Positions 37,924 through 49,328 are shown, counted from the stretch's first letter. The stretch: 64,000 bases of DNA from an uncultured Candidatus Saccharibacteria bacterium (GCA_964503755.1 CAZDBO010000001.1:200926-264925); one strand, 5' to 3'. Notes: a model not told the origin generated them from the letters alone. A program made the numbers and translations.

Positions 37924-39003
37924 TTACAACATGCTTAAATTCTCAATCTCTTGAATATGTTTCAACTTTTTGTACACAGCAATATATGCTTCTTTGCCAA
38001 GTATTTTTAGCTTAAATTTTCTTGTAAGTTGCCAGTTTGGAATCTTCAGGATTTTTGGATAGAGTAAAGTAACCATTTGCAAATTTGGAATATTGTTAAT
38101 CTTTTCAACAAATTTTTCCTCAAAATTATCTGATTGTATATGCTTATCACCAAAAGGAGGATTAGTAATAATCTTATTTGCATGGCGTTTTGATAAAAAG
38201 AAATCTTCTAATCGTATATATATTTTTGGTTTTAGTCTGTCGTATATGTGTATTTGTTTTAAGTTATTTTGTGTCTTTTCTAAAGCATTTTCGTCTATAT
38301 CACCAATCAGCAGTTTCTTAAATTTGAAATTTAATAAAATTTCACATGGTATTGTCCCAGCACCTGCAAAAGGATCCCATATTATATATTTTGATTCTAT
38401 ATCGCTTACATATGCCATTGAAAATGCCACTGACGGACGGACCGATCCCAATATATTTTCTTGTTTATAAAATCTATGTCTTTTGGTCTTATCCGTAAGT
38501 CTGAGAGCGATTATTAGTCTATTTTTTACTAAAGTTAGCCAAATTTCTTTATTATTTTCATCATCATTTATTTTTATCTTCGGTAATTTAGAACGAAAAA
38601 AGTTTTTGAGGCCTTCCTCTAGATCTACACGTCTAAAGTTATGTAGACTCTTTTTTCTTGTAATTATGCGAAAATTAAGAGACTTATCTACAAAAGTATT
38701 TTGATCTAATATGAATTTAAGATGGCTAGCTATTTTTTCTTTGTCAATTTTTTTAATTACATCTTTTAGTGAAAAATATTTGCTAACGTCTTTTATGTAT
38801 TCAAGTACAAAAAAAGCATCTTCTATGGAATTTAACTCGTCCCAGAATTTTTGAAATTTACCTCTCCAATCAATAATCAAAAAACCATTTCTTCTAGGTA
38901 CATAACCTAACTGATCAATTGAAAAACATTTTCTATATTTTTCCTCTAATTCTAACTTGGTGATTTTTTCAATTCCAATCTGAGTTTGTAATAAAAATTT
39001 CAT
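37924..39003 (-). CDS. THUMP-domain class I SAM-dependent RNA methyltransferase (RlmL/Trm14-like)
   Basis: 359 aa with ...WDPFAGAGTIPCEILLN..., ...LIGDIDENAL..., and the NPPFG catalytic motif. Confidence 0.62.
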   Translation of the reverse strand: MKFLLQTQIGIEKITKLELEEKYRKCFSIDQLGYVPRRNGFLIIDWRGKFQKFWDELNSIEDAFFVLEYIKDVSKYFSLKDVIKKIDKEKIASHLKFILDQNTFVDKSLNFRIITRKKSLHNFRRVDLEEGLKNFFRSKLPKIKINDDENNKEIWLTLVKNRLIIALRLTDKTKRHRFYKQENILGSVRPSVAFSMAYVSDIESKYIIWDPFAGAGTIPCEILLNFKFKKLLIGDIDENALEKTQNNLKQIHIYDRLKPKIYIRLEDFFLSKRHANKIITNPPFGDKHIQSDNFEEKFVEKINNIPNLQMVTLLYPKILKIPNWQLTRKFKLKILGKEAYIAVYKKLKHIQEIENLSML

Positions 39004-40793
39004 TAGAGTCTATTTTCATATTCGTGTAACATGCGGCTAGCTATCTCATCTAGTGTCATAAGACCGATGTTAAGACCTGCTCGAGTACGAACGGATACCG
39101 CTTTACTTTCTTCCTCTTTGTCACCGACGATGAACATATAAGGTATTTTCTGTTCCTGTGCTTTTCTGATTTTATTATTCATTGATTCATTATCTACATC
39201 TGCTTTCACTCTTAAACCTTTAGATTTTAAGTAATTTGATACTTCTAATGCATATTCGCTATGTTTTTCGTTAGATACCGGAATAACAATACCTTGTATA
39301 TATGAAAGCCATAAAGGGAAGTTTCCCCCAACGTGTTCTATGTATACTGATAAAAATCTTTCAATAGAACCAAGTAGAGCTTTGTGAATCATAACTGGAG
39401 TTTTTTCTTTTCCATGAGCATCTACATAAGTGAGACCAAATCTAGATGGTTGTACAAAATCTAACTGTTGAGTTGCACATTGCCATTCTCTTCCTAATGA
39501 GTCGGTAACCATGATATCTATTTTAGGTCCATAAAATGCTGCTTCGCCAAGTGCGATGAAATAGTCTAAACCAAGATTTTTAGCAACATTTTCTATCATC
39601 ATTTCCGCATTACGCCATGTTTCTTTATTCCCAAGATATTTATCAGGATTTTCAGGATCATGAAATGATAGCCTTGCTCTAAATGACATACCAAGAGTCT
39701 GATATAGTTTTTTGATCATCTGCATAATGTTGTTTATTTCATATTCGATCTGATCTACACGACAAAACACATGACCATCATCTTGAGTAAGTGACCTAAC
39801 TCTTGATAATCCGTGTAATTCTCCTGCTTTTTCATCACGATATACAGTGGTTGTTTCACAATATCTTATGGGTAATTCTTTATAACTGCGTATACGTGAG
39901 GCATATATCTGAGCATGATGAGGACAGTTCATCGGTTTTAATGCCATTTCGGTTTCTGTTTCTCGGCTCTGGACTATCATAAGCTCATGACCAAATTTAT
40001 CCCAATGCCCAGATGTCTTATAAAGATCCACCTTTGTGATATGAGGAATCCAAACCATTTCAAATCCACCCTCCAATTGAAGTTGTTCAGAATATCTTGC
40101 TAATTGATTCCTCAAATATGTACCGCGTGGAGTAAAAAGTGGTAATCCGGGACCTACAAGATCGGAAAAAGTGAATAGATCTAATTGTTTACCTAGTTTT
40201 CTATGATCACGTTTTTTCGCCTCTTCTAATTTGTTAATATAGTCATCCAATTCTTCCTTCGTATTAAATGCAACACCATATATTCTCTGTAACATTGGTT
40301 TTTTTTCATCACCACGCCAATAAGCACCAGCAATACTTGTGAGTTTGAATGAATGGGGATTGATAACAGAAGTATCATCTACGTGTGGACCTTTACATAA
40401 ATCTGTAAATTCTCCTACAGTGTAAAAAGAGACTTTTTCGGCACCGCCATTAGCAAGTTCATTAACCAGCTCCAATTTAAATTTCTGATCCATTTTAAGT
40501 AGGTATTCAGTGGCTTCTCCTATTGTCATCTCTGACTTTTCAAAAGGATAATTTCGTGATAGTAATGACCTCATTTCTTCCTCTATTTTTGCTAAATCAT
40601 TTTCGGATATGGGCTGATCTAAAAGAAAGTCATAATAAAATCCATTTTCTATAACAGGACCAATGCCTAATTTGACATTATCCCTTCCAAATATTCTGAT
40701 AACAGCATAAGCTAATATATGAGATAGCGAATGTCGTTTTTTGTATAAGAGATCCTGATCTGTGTTATTTTGTGGATTTTTATTTTCTGGCAT
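39003..40793 (-). CDS. thrS: threonyl-tRNA synthetase
   Basis: 596 aa with a class II core and anticodon-binding domain, ...RVDQIEYEINNI... Confidence 0.9.
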   Translation of the reverse strand: MPENKNPQNNTDQDLLYKKRHSLSHILAYAVIRIFGRDNVKLGIGPVIENGFYYDFLLDQPISENDLAKIEEEMRSLLSRNYPFEKSEMTIGEATEYLLKMDQKFKLELVNELANGGAEKVSFYTVGEFTDLCKGPHVDDTSVINPHSFKLTSIAGAYWRGDEKKPMLQRIYGVAFNTKEELDDYINKLEEAKKRDHRKLGKQLDLFTFSDLVGPGLPLFTPRGTYLRNQLARYSEQLQLEGGFEMVWIPHITKVDLYKTSGHWDKFGHELMIVQSRETETEMALKPMNCPHHAQIYASRIRSYKELPIRYCETTTVYRDEKAGELHGLSRVRSLTQDDGHVFCRVDQIEYEINNIMQMIKKLYQTLGMSFRARLSFHDPENPDKYLGNKETWRNAEMMIENVAKNLGLDYFIALGEAAFYGPKIDIMVTDSLGREWQCATQQLDFVQPSRFGLTYVDAHGKEKTPVMIHKALLGSIERFLSVYIEHVGGNFPLWLSYIQGIVIPVSNEKHSEYALEVSNYLKSKGLRVKADVDNESMNNKIRKAQEQKIPYMFIVGDKEEESKAVSVRTRAGLNIGLMTLDEIASRMLHEYENRL

Positions 40794-40895
40794 AGTTGTT
40801 AAAAATTGTATATTTACAATGATATATAGTCAAATTAATTTATATTGACAATATTCAATATAAATATATAATTTTGAGGTTAAATTTTATCTCTT

Positions 40896-43800
40896 ATGGA
40901 AAATTCTAATTTTAGTAGCAAATTCTCAGGTATTTTTATTAACAATTTGCGATTTACGTTTATTACTTTGATATTAATTGTTTTATTGGGAGTGTATGCA
41001 GTGTTAAATCTTGTACCTACAGGATTTCCACAGCCAAGTGTAAACTTGATTAACATAGCCGCCACTTATCCTGGTGCTAATACTAATGTTGTTTTAAACA
41101 ATGTTACTGTTCCCTTAGAAAACGTTGTAACTAAATATTATTCTGATGTAGATACATACTCATCTACTATTAATAATGGATTTACAAACATTATAGTAAC
41201 ACCTAAGTTTGGTGTAGATGTAGAGGAATTAATTACTAAGATTGAAAACGATGTAGAACAACTTAATTTGCCAGAAGTAGTAGATGTTAAAGTTTCCAAG
41301 CCAGAGTTTCCTTCTGTTGACTTCGTTATTGCGATTTTTTCCGAGAATAGAGAAGAACTATACGTGAAATATAAAGAGTTTTTAAGGCAAGCCAGATCAA
41401 TGCCAGAAACTGATTCTGTAATACCACAGGTAGATCTCAAGCAAATAGTGGATATCAAGCTAGATGAATCAAAGCTAAATCAGTATAGAATCAGCACTAA
41501 CGATATAAAGCAAGCAATATCAAATTATGAGTTCAATATTCCTATAGCTCAAAATATAACTGTAGATAATTCTCAAACATCTTTTATATTAAATGGTTCA
41601 GATGTAGAGAATTTGGATCAGCTTTCGAATGTGGTCATTCGAACGCAAAATAATCAGTTAGTAAAACTAAACGAAATCGCTGATCTTACATATAGATATG
41701 TTTTTACAAATAGCGAATTTCCTAGTCTAGCTTTTGACGATAATCCTACATATTTTGGTTTTGTTCAAAATGATAAAAATTTGACAAAAGAAGCGATACT
41801 TTTAAATTATTCTGCTGCTGGAGGATATTCTATCGAAGAAGTACAGAATAAAATATCAAATTTACTGAAATATATTGGTTTGACAAATATAGATAATAAT
41901 GAAATCTCTAGAGAAAAAATTTATTTTGAAATTCCATACTCCGCAAGTGCCGTTTCTAAAAAGCAGATAGATGAGGTCGTAAACGGTCTTTTGCAAGGTG
42001 CAATTTTAGTTTTTTTGGTAATGTTCATTTTTGTTTCTTGGAGGGCTGCTATTATTGCGACTTTGGGTATACCGGTAAGCTTAATTTTTGCGTTAATTTA
42101 TATATTCTTGACTGGAGATGAACTAAATACTTTAGTACTTTTTTCTCTAGTATTAGTTGTTGGACTGGTTGTGGATCCTGCTCTTGTGATTCTTGAGGTT
42201 TTACAAAGAAAATTAGACGCTGGATTGAGTAAGTTACAAGCTGTAATAGAGTCAATCAAAGAAGTAGGTGATGGACTTTTAGCATCAACCGTGACTAATA
42301 TTATTGTATTCATTCCTTTTGCAGTTGTATCAGGAGTACTTGGACAAATATTTGGCTATATACCAAAGACAATAATACCAGCAATTGTTGGTTCTTATGT
42401 TGTTTCTGTGGTGTTTTTAGCAATATTTGGTGGAATGTTTCTTGCTAAACGTAGAAAAAAGCAAAATGAACAAGTTGAAGATGAAGAGTATGCATCTATA
42501 TGGCCAATATCAAAAAAGGTAGAAGAAATAAATAGATTTATTTTGAATTATCATAATAAAATAAAAAATAAATTTGTTGCAGGTTTGATACAAATCACTA
42601 TTGTAATCGCTTCTATTGTTGTTCCTTTGGCAATAGTTGGATATCTCTTCGGAACCGGTCAGCTTAGATCTACCCAATTTACTCAAAACAGAACTGGATC
42701 AACACTGAATATACTTCTTGACAGACGTTCGGATATATCATCCGTAGAGATAAATCAACTAACTAAGCAAACTATAGAATTTATAGCAAGTACGGGTTTA
42801 TTTGATAATGTAACACCATTTAGTACACAGATAATTGCATCACTAAAAAAAGACTATCAAAATACTGCATTAGAAAAAGCTCAGGATCTGAGAGAACTTC
42901 TTGTAAATAAGTTCGGTGACAAATATCTTGATATAAATGTTGTGGTAGGTGGTGGAGCTAATACGACAAATAGCTATCAGGTTAATCTGGCGATAAGGTC
43001 AGATGAAAATCAGAAATTAATAGAGTCATCAAATATTTTTGCCGAGAATATAAAAAGTAATCTTTGTCAAAATAATAAAAATTTATATTGGGATGAAAAT
43101 TGTGAAGAACAAAATAGCGTTATAGAAAAAGTAGATAATGGGATTGATGGAAGATTACAAAATCAGATCAAGATTACTCTTGATATACAAAAGGTATTGG
43201 AGAACAATTTAAGTATACCTGGTACTCCATTATTTAGTTTTGTATTGTCACAATTACAAAAACAATTTCCTAAATCTCAAATTACAAATGTTTCAAATTT
43301 TAACAATATTGATGAAACAAAAGTATATACAACTATTAACTTGGATAAAGATGTAAATTTGAAAACATTAGATGATGTTAAAAATATAAATATCGTTTCG
43401 CCTCAAGGCGTTATCTTCAGGTTAAGTGATATTGCAAATGTGGAATTATCACAGATAAACCAAACAGTAACACGTTTTGAAGGTAAAACCGCCAATCGTA
43501 TCAAAATAAGATTAAAAGAAGAGTTTAGGTTAGATCAGGCTTATGCATCTAGAGTGGCGAATTTTATTGTACAAAAGTATTCAGAAGACAATTATAAATT
43601 AACAAGGGAATTAGGATTAGAAAACGAAGCAATTTATATAGATAGATCCGGAGCTAGTGCTGAATTTGTGCGTGGATTTACTGAACTTTTGACGGCATTT
43701 GTGTTAAGCATATTTTTGATATATGCAGTATTAGTTGTACTTTTCAAATCATTCTCTATGCCCATCGTGGTTATATTTACGATTCCTTTATCCTTTATTG

Positions 43801-44201
43801 GAGCGTTTTTGGGAATAAAATATTTTGTTGGTCCTGAATTTGGATTTTTAGAAATTATAGGACTGATTATATTGGTTGGTATTGTTGTAAATGTTGCAAT
43901 ATATATGATTGATTTTGCTAATCAAAAGACAAAAGAAAACGGTTGGGATGATAAGAAAGCAATTATTTATGCATCAGCCGTAAGATTTCGACCTATATTT
44001 TTAACAACATTCACTTCTATTACTTCTTTGGTACCGTTGTATATTAATAGCGATTTTTATAAATCTATATCAGCTGTTATTATTGGTGGTTTGTTTACTT
44101 CGACTATTATCTCTTTGTTTGTTGTACCTGTATTGTATGTATGGATTAATAGAATGCGTAGAAAAATACACAAGATTTTTCATAGGATATCTTTGAGCTA
44201 A
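40896..44201 (+). CDS. RND-family efflux transporter permease (AcrB/HAE-like)
   Basis: 1101 aa with 12 TM helices and two large external loops. The N-terminus (...LVPTGFPQPSVNLINIAATYPGANTNVV) parallels AcrB (...[23 protein letters not shown]). Confidence 0.78.
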   Translation: MENSNFSSKFSGIFINNLRFTFITLILIVLLGVYAVLNLVPTGFPQPSVNLINIAATYPGANTNVVLNNVTVPLENVVTKYYSDVDTYSSTINNGFTNIIVTPKFGVDVEELITKIENDVEQLNLPEVVDVKVSKPEFPSVDFVIAIFSENREELYVKYKEFLRQARSMPETDSVIPQVDLKQIVDIKLDESKLNQYRISTNDIKQAISNYEFNIPIAQNITVDNSQTSFILNGSDVENLDQLSNVVIRTQNNQLVKLNEIADLTYRYVFTNSEFPSLAFDDNPTYFGFVQNDKNLTKEAILLNYSAAGGYSIEEVQNKISNLLKYIGLTNIDNNEISREKIYFEIPYSASAVSKKQIDEVVNGLLQGAILVFLVMFIFVSWRAAIIATLGIPVSLIFALIYIFLTGDELNTLVLFSLVLVVGLVVDPALVILEVLQRKLDAGLSKLQAVIESIKEVGDGLLASTVTNIIVFIPFAVVSGVLGQIFGYIPKTIIPAIVGSYVVSVVFLAIFGGMFLAKRRKKQNEQVEDEEYASIWPISKKVEEINRFILNYHNKIKNKFVAGLIQITIVIASIVVPLAIVGYLFGTGQLRSTQFTQNRTGSTLNILLDRRSDISSVEINQLTKQTIEFIASTGLFDNVTPFSTQIIASLKKDYQNTALEKAQDLRELLVNKFGDKYLDINVVVGGGANTTNSYQVNLAIRSDENQKLIESSNIFAENIKSNLCQNNKNLYWDENCEEQNSVIEKVDNGIDGRLQNQIKITLDIQKVLENNLSIPGTPLFSFVLSQLQKQFPKSQITNVSNFNNIDETKVYTTINLDKDVNLKTLDDVKNINIVSPQGVIFRLSDIANVELSQINQTVTRFEGKTANRIKIRLKEEFRLDQAYASRVANFIVQKYSEDNYKLTRELGLENEAIYIDRSGASAEFVRGFTELLTAFVLSIFLIYAVLVVLFKSFSMPIVVIFTIPLSFIGAFLGIKYFVGPEFGFLEIIGLIILVGIVVNVAIYMIDFANQKTKENGWDDKKAIIYASAVRFRPIFLTTFTSITSLVPLYINSDFYKSISAVIIGGLFTSTIISLFVVPVLYVWINRMRRKIHKIFHRISLS

Positions 44202-44586
44202 AGGTTTTTATTTACATAGATTTGTTTTTGTTATTTGAATGTTTACGTTCTGTTTATGTTAAAGTAAGTTTAGTGATTAGTCTGTTTAATATTTCTTAAA
44301 ACGTGTAAATCAAGAAAAGTTTTACTCTAAAAAATGACTAGATTGAAAATTTACTATTTATTATCGTCATATATATGGTAAATTTAGAAATTTGTAAATT
44401 TATTATTTTAATAAGTTCTGGATTGGCAATTAATAAAATTTAACAAAAAGATTATTAAGTCTTATTTAGCAATTATCTAAAATATTGTGAAATTGTCCAA
44501 TGCTAACTTAAAACTTTATCTTTGTCAGCACAATACAAAAGTGTATTAAATAATTTATATTTTTCTAAATTTAGGAAAAATACCTA

Positions 44587-45834
44587 TTATTCATATCTTA
44601 ATGCATCTATTGGATTCAATCTGCTTGCTTTTAGAGCGGGTAGAGTACCAGCTAAAAATCCTATTATCATCGTAAATGCGTTTATGATCAAAAGAAGTTG
44701 AATATCAAAAACAAAAACCTGAAATCCTTCTAGGGTTGTTTGAAAAATATTTATGAATAAATAATTTAAACCATTACCTATTAGTACTCCCACAAGGATT
44801 CCAAATATTCCACCCCATAATCCTAATAAAATTGCTTCTATCGCAAAGAGTAAAAATATTTCAAAGCTTGTCATACCTAGTGCTTTCAAAAGACCAATTT
44901 CGCGGGTTCTTTCATAAACTCCCATAAGGATAGTGTTGATTATTCCTATACTGCCAGCAATTATGACTATTATTGCAAACGCATTTAATATTAGTTTTAA
45001 TATATTTAGAACGTTTCTAATTTCGTTTATCGCTTCATCCCAAGTAACACCGTTAAATCCTATTTTTCTTAGTTCATCTTTGGTTTCTTTTACAGAATTT
45101 TCGTCTGTTTTGTCTAAAACACCTATGATTTCAAACGAACGTTGATTTTCTCCATAAATTTCATTGGATATATCTGTAATTTCTTTATAACTCAATCTTG
45201 TTATACCGCCTGCTAGAGAATTTATGAGTACACCGGATATTTCATACTCTCTTTCAAAGATACTTTCATCTTGTTTTTTATAACCGATTTTTATTTTTGC
45301 ACCTATGCCTTCTTCAGAATCCTTAAAACCTAAAGGAGAAAGATAATTATATGATAGTAAAATTTTGTCTTTTTCTTCGGATGACGGGATTTTGCCTGCA
45401 GATACGGGTATCTCTACTTCATCAATAATAGAGCCGACTAGTTGCACTTCGTATTTTTCATTACTATCACGATAAATATACTCAGGAAATAAATTGTAAA
45501 GTTTATAAACTTTTTTAATATTTGGAATATTTTCTATTTTTTGTATATCTTCATCAGATGTTATGGTTGGTGTTCTATTCACTCTTTTTTCGGGATCATA
45601 TTTTCTTACTTCGAGAGGATTATCAGTAACAGTAATAGGTGATATTCGTATAGTATTTTGAGAGTTAATCGAGTTTACTTGTGCGTTTACATAAGTTTGA
45701 ATCCCATCACTTAGGGCATTTGTCAAGGTTAGTGTTAATGTACCAATCGATAAAGCTAATATTGTAAGAAAACTCCTTAATGGAGCTCTAAGCATGTTTT
45801 GTTGAGAAAGTTTGATGATATCAATTAGTTTCAT
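44587..45834 (-). CDS. ABC transporter permease, FtsX/MacB-like
   Basis: An N-terminal TM helix, a large external domain, and a C-terminal FtsX-like four-TM bundle. The start is placed at MKLIDIIKL (45834), directly after the stop of the ATPase gene. Confidence 0.72.
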   Translation of the reverse strand: MKLIDIIKLSQQNMLRAPLRSFLTILALSIGTLTLTLTNALSDGIQTYVNAQVNSINSQNTIRISPITVTDNPLEVRKYDPEKRVNRTPTITSDEDIQKIENIPNIKKVYKLYNLFPEYIYRDSNEKYEVQLVGSIIDEVEIPVSAGKIPSSEEKDKILLSYNYLSPLGFKDSEEGIGAKIKIGYKKQDESIFEREYEISGVLINSLAGGITRLSYKEITDISNEIYGENQRSFEIIGVLDKTDENSVKETKDELRKIGFNGVTWDEAINEIRNVLNILKLILNAFAIIVIIAGSIGIINTILMGVYERTREIGLLKALGMTSFEIFLLFAIEAILLGLWGGIFGILVGVLIGNGLNYLFINIFQTTLEGFQVFVFDIQLLLIINAFTMIIGFLAGTLPALKASRLNPIDALRYE

Positions 45835-45836
45835 AA

Positions 45837-46499
45837 TTATTCTATTATTCCATCTTTTATTTTCAATATAACATCGCATTTGTTAGCGATATCAAAATCA
45901 TGAGTAACAATAATCAGTATAGTTTTATGTTTTCTATGTAGTTCAAATAGAAGATTAATTATTTTTTCTCCGTTTTCAGAATCGAGGTTTCCTGTTGGTT
46001 CGTCAGCAAAAATGATTTCTGGCTCTGTAATGAGAGCTCGAGCGATAGCTACACGTTGTTTTTGTCCTCCTGAAAGGTTTATCGCTTTTTGATTCATTTG
46101 ATCTGTTAAGTTGACTTCTTCTATTATTTTTCTAGATTTTTTGTCAATGTCTTTATAAGATTCACCTCTAATTATTAAGGGAAGTTCGATGTTTTCTTTT
46201 ACAGTTTTGTTTGGTAAAAGAAAAAATTGTTGAAATATAAATCCGATTTTACGATTCCTAAATAGCGTTCTCTTGTTTTCCGAATATAAACCTATATTTT
46301 GATTATCATAAAAAACTGCACCATCTGTTGGTGTATCTAAACCAGCCATGATGTGCATAAGGGTAGACTTTCCAGAGCCAGATTTACCGACAATACCATA
46401 GGATCTTCCTTTTTCAAATGTGCAGCTTATGTTTTTCAATACTTGAATAAAATTTTTACCATCCTTGTAAGATTTGGAAAGATTAAAAATTTTTATCAT
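45837..46499 (-). CDS. ABC transporter ATP-binding protein (MacB/LolD-type)
   Basis: Walker [17 protein letters not shown], signature [15 protein letters not shown], and Walker [13 protein letters not shown]. Confidence 0.85.
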   Translation of the reverse strand: MIKIFNLSKSYKDGKNFIQVLKNISCTFEKGRSYGIVGKSGSGKSTLMHIMAGLDTPTDGAVFYDNQNIGLYSENKRTLFRNRKIGFIFQQFFLLPNKTVKENIELPLIIRGESYKDIDKKSRKIIEEVNLTDQMNQKAINLSGGQKQRVAIARALITEPEIIFADEPTGNLDSENGEKIINLLFELHRKHKTILIIVTHDFDIANKCDVILKIKDGIIE

Positions 46500-46581
46500 T
46501 ATTGCATTATATAAGATTTATAAATTATATACGATACATTTTGGTTGACGCGATGTAATTAAATGAATAAGATTTTTTATT

Positions 46582-46875
46582 ATGAAAAAGATATCAAATT
46601 TGACAAAAGAAATGATTAACGGATTCAACTATAAAATTTTAATAATCTTCGTAGCATTGATAATTTTTACTCTTGTTCTAACAACATTTGTTTTATATTT
46701 TCGAGGACGACAGTACAATTACACAACTTTGACACAAGAGCAGAATTATGAAGATACAACTTCGAAACTTGGTAATAATCAACATGAAAACAATTCAAAT
46801 GATAATCTACGTTCAGAATTAGAAAAAAAGTTTGTAGAAAAATTTGAGACGTATGTGGGGTTAGATTGGCAGTAG
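46582..46875 (+). CDS. small N-terminally anchored membrane protein (hypothetical)
   Basis: 97 aa with one TM helix. Confidence 0.35.
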   Translation: MKKISNLTKEMINGFNYKILIIFVALIIFTLVLTTFVLYFRGRQYNYTTLTQEQNYEDTTSKLGNNQHENNSNDNLRSELEKKFVEKFETYVGLDWQ

Positions 46876-46899
46876 TATAATAAAATTTTTGGAAATAAA

Positions 46900-47526
46900 T
46901 TGTACAATTCTCTGAATTCTTATTTGTTTTCTGGATGTGATGTAAGCTTGATTAGTGATTATACAAACGAAATTGTAAATTTGTTGAATTATCGTGATAT
47001 TATTTATGATTATTTTGAAATAGAAAAGAATAATGCAAATCAGATTTTATATACAAATTGTTCCCTAGAATATTTGGATAAATCGACGATATTGGATATG
47101 CCGGTCAAGGATTATGACTATTTGATAGATTATGTATTCAGAATACCATAAATAAGCGATTTTAAAGATGGCTTAAAAGTAGATTATGACTCTTTATTAT
47201 CAAATGTATTGGAGCAAATCATTGGAACGCAAGCAAACTCTAAAATATTGAGTGGAGTTAATAATTCGGTTAACTATGCCAAAATGGTTCTTTATCCAAA
47301 AGATTCTACACAAAAGTTTAGAGTAAGTTCTGTCCATTTTTATGGTTTGACATATGATCCTTATGTTGTAAATTATACAGTTGATCGACATATTGATGGA
47401 TATTTTCAGGCTGCTGATATTTTTAGTGGTTATTATTATTTTTGGTTTAATAATCCAGATGTTAAATTTGGAATAAAAGATAATGATTATAAACTTATTT
47501 ATGACCAAAAAGATGATATGTATTAA
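46900..47526 (+). pseudogene. single reading frame interrupted by one in-frame TAA (47152); possibly a disrupted gene or two small ORFs
   Basis: ORFs 46900..47151 and 47209..47526 share a frame. The 54 nt between them has no other stop. Confidence 0.3.
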
Positions 47527-47788
47527 AGGTTGAATACACATTTGATGATAATTTCGATTTAAAGAAAGTAAGTTTAATTTTGCAAAATTCAACAAATCAA
47601 TCGGAGATAGAATTAGTTACTTTTTTATGTAAAAATAGTAATATTTCTTTTGATGATATTGAACTGAAATACAATCAATTAATTTCAGAATTTGAGAATA
47701 AATTGAATTTTCGTTCGTATGACTTTGGTAATCTTGACGATATTAAATATCATACTTTTCAAATGTAGCATCGAGAATTCCTTTCATC

Positions 47789-48769
47789 ATGATTGATGAT
47801 AGTCCTGTTTTGTATCAATTTTATGAAAGAGATGGTAAATATAACAGATATATAGGCGAAATCTACAATATACAACTTAAAGGTTCAAATATAAACCCTA
47901 TACAAATTTCGGGAACTTTGTTTCTTTTTATACAATCAAAAGATTTTGATATATCATACAATCCAAATGGTGTTGGTTTAATGAATAGTTGTGGCAGTTA
48001 TACTTTGTTTTTGGAAGGTTTGGGAAATATAGAGTTAGAATGCAGTGAATCAAATATAGAATTAAGTGATGAATATAAAAATCGGTTGATAAGTGAAAAT
48101 AAAAGTTTTCATACCTATAAGATTAAAACAGATATAAGTACTAGATTAGGATACAAATCTGCTGATATTTATATATATCCAAAATCTTATGAGGCTGAAA
48201 AGAAATTAGAAGAAAAAAAGATAAAATTAAGATTATTAAATACAACTGAGGCTAAAAAGTTCGATGAAAAATATAGAGATATAATTCATGTATATAATGC
48301 CAATATTAATCCAATTTCTACGTATATATCTAAAGAAAAATTAAGGACAAATTTAGTATTTAAAGAAGATTTTAACGCATTTTTTAGTAAATTTTTTGAA
48401 TCTAACGATAACCAAAAAAACTGCTACGCATTTTTTGATAATGTCAATAAATTTGATGCAACATTGTTTAATATATTAGAAGTTCGCGATATCGAAAGGT
48501 ATTTTCTAAAGTGTGCCGCTGGTATATTTAATGGTTATCATTTAACGTTGCAAGATAAACAAAATGAAAAAGATCGTTTTGAAGTCTATGTGATTAACTC
48601 AAATGAAAAGACGGAGAAAATTATAAACTTTTATATCAATTCTGATTTGTATAAAAGAGATGAGAAGATAAGAGGTATGGAATATAAAAAATTTGGCGAT
48701 ATATACATATTTATTTATAGTGAAGATGCAAAGGATAAAGTAATCGATGTTTTGATAATATTCAGTTAG
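47789..48769 (+). CDS. hypothetical cytoplasmic protein
   Basis: 326-aa ORF with no signal peptide and no recognised motif. It may be the 3' part of a longer disrupted gene (see findings). Confidence 0.4.
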   Translation: MIDDSPVLYQFYERDGKYNRYIGEIYNIQLKGSNINPIQISGTLFLFIQSKDFDISYNPNGVGLMNSCGSYTLFLEGLGNIELECSESNIELSDEYKNRLISENKSFHTYKIKTDISTRLGYKSADIYIYPKSYEAEKKLEEKKIKLRLLNTTEAKKFDEKYRDIIHVYNANINPISTYISKEKLRTNLVFKEDFNAFFSKFFESNDNQKNCYAFFDNVNKFDATLFNILEVRDIERYFLKCAAGIFNGYHLTLQDKQNEKDRFEVYVINSNEKTEKIINFYINSDLYKRDEKIRGMEYKKFGDIYIFIYSEDAKDKVIDVLIIFS

Positions 48770-48809
48770 TAGAGTAAAATCATTATGAATTTAATCCAAC
48801 TATTAAATA

Positions 48810-49328
48810 ATGAATGAATTGTTTGAAAATTTTTATCAAAATACTTTTTCAAAGGCTTATAAGTATTTATATATTCGCATCAATAACGTAGGTGACATAG
48901 AAGATATACTGCATGATGCATATCTCGTTTTTTATGAAAAATATAGAGAAAAACTTCATTCCACCGAAGGTGAAAAGATTTTATTTGGTATTATCCAAAA
49001 AAAATACATTGATTATATTAGATCAAAATATAGAGAATATGAAAATATAGAGTATATAGATAATCTGTCAGAATACAACCCAATCATAATTTCTCAATTA
49101 GATTTAACACATTTAGAAGAAAAAATTAAAGATTATATCTACAAGCTAGAAAAGAAATATCCAAAGCTTATGATTGTTTTACGTATGCGAATTTTGGATA
49201 AGATGAGTAGAAAAGAGATAGCAGAAGTTTTGGGTATTAGTGAAGATAATGTGCATACATATCAAAAAAGAGCCGTATCTATAATAAAAAAATTAATTAG
49301 TAATGAAAAAGATGATGACAAAAAATAA
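48810..49328 (+). CDS. ECF-type sigma-70 family RNA polymerase sigma factor
   Basis: 172 aa. Region 2 is ...ILHDAYLVFYEKY..., and the region 4 HTH is ...MSRKEIAEVLGISEDNVHTYQKRAVSIIKK... Confidence 0.72.
   Translation: MNELFENFYQNTFSKAYKYLYIRINNVGDIEDILHDAYLVFYEKYREKLHSTEGEKILFGIIQKKYIDYIRSKYREYENIEYIDNLSEYNPIIISQLDLTHLEEKIKDYIYKLEKKYPKLMIVLRMRILDKMSRKEIAEVLGISEDNVHTYQKRAVSIIKKLISNEKDDDKK

Noticed and set aside
47200-47595. ORF 47200..47595 (-) of 131 aa
   Set aside because: Ile/Lys/Asn-rich antisense-type composition. The plus-strand frame is co-directional with the neighbours and looks more protein-like.
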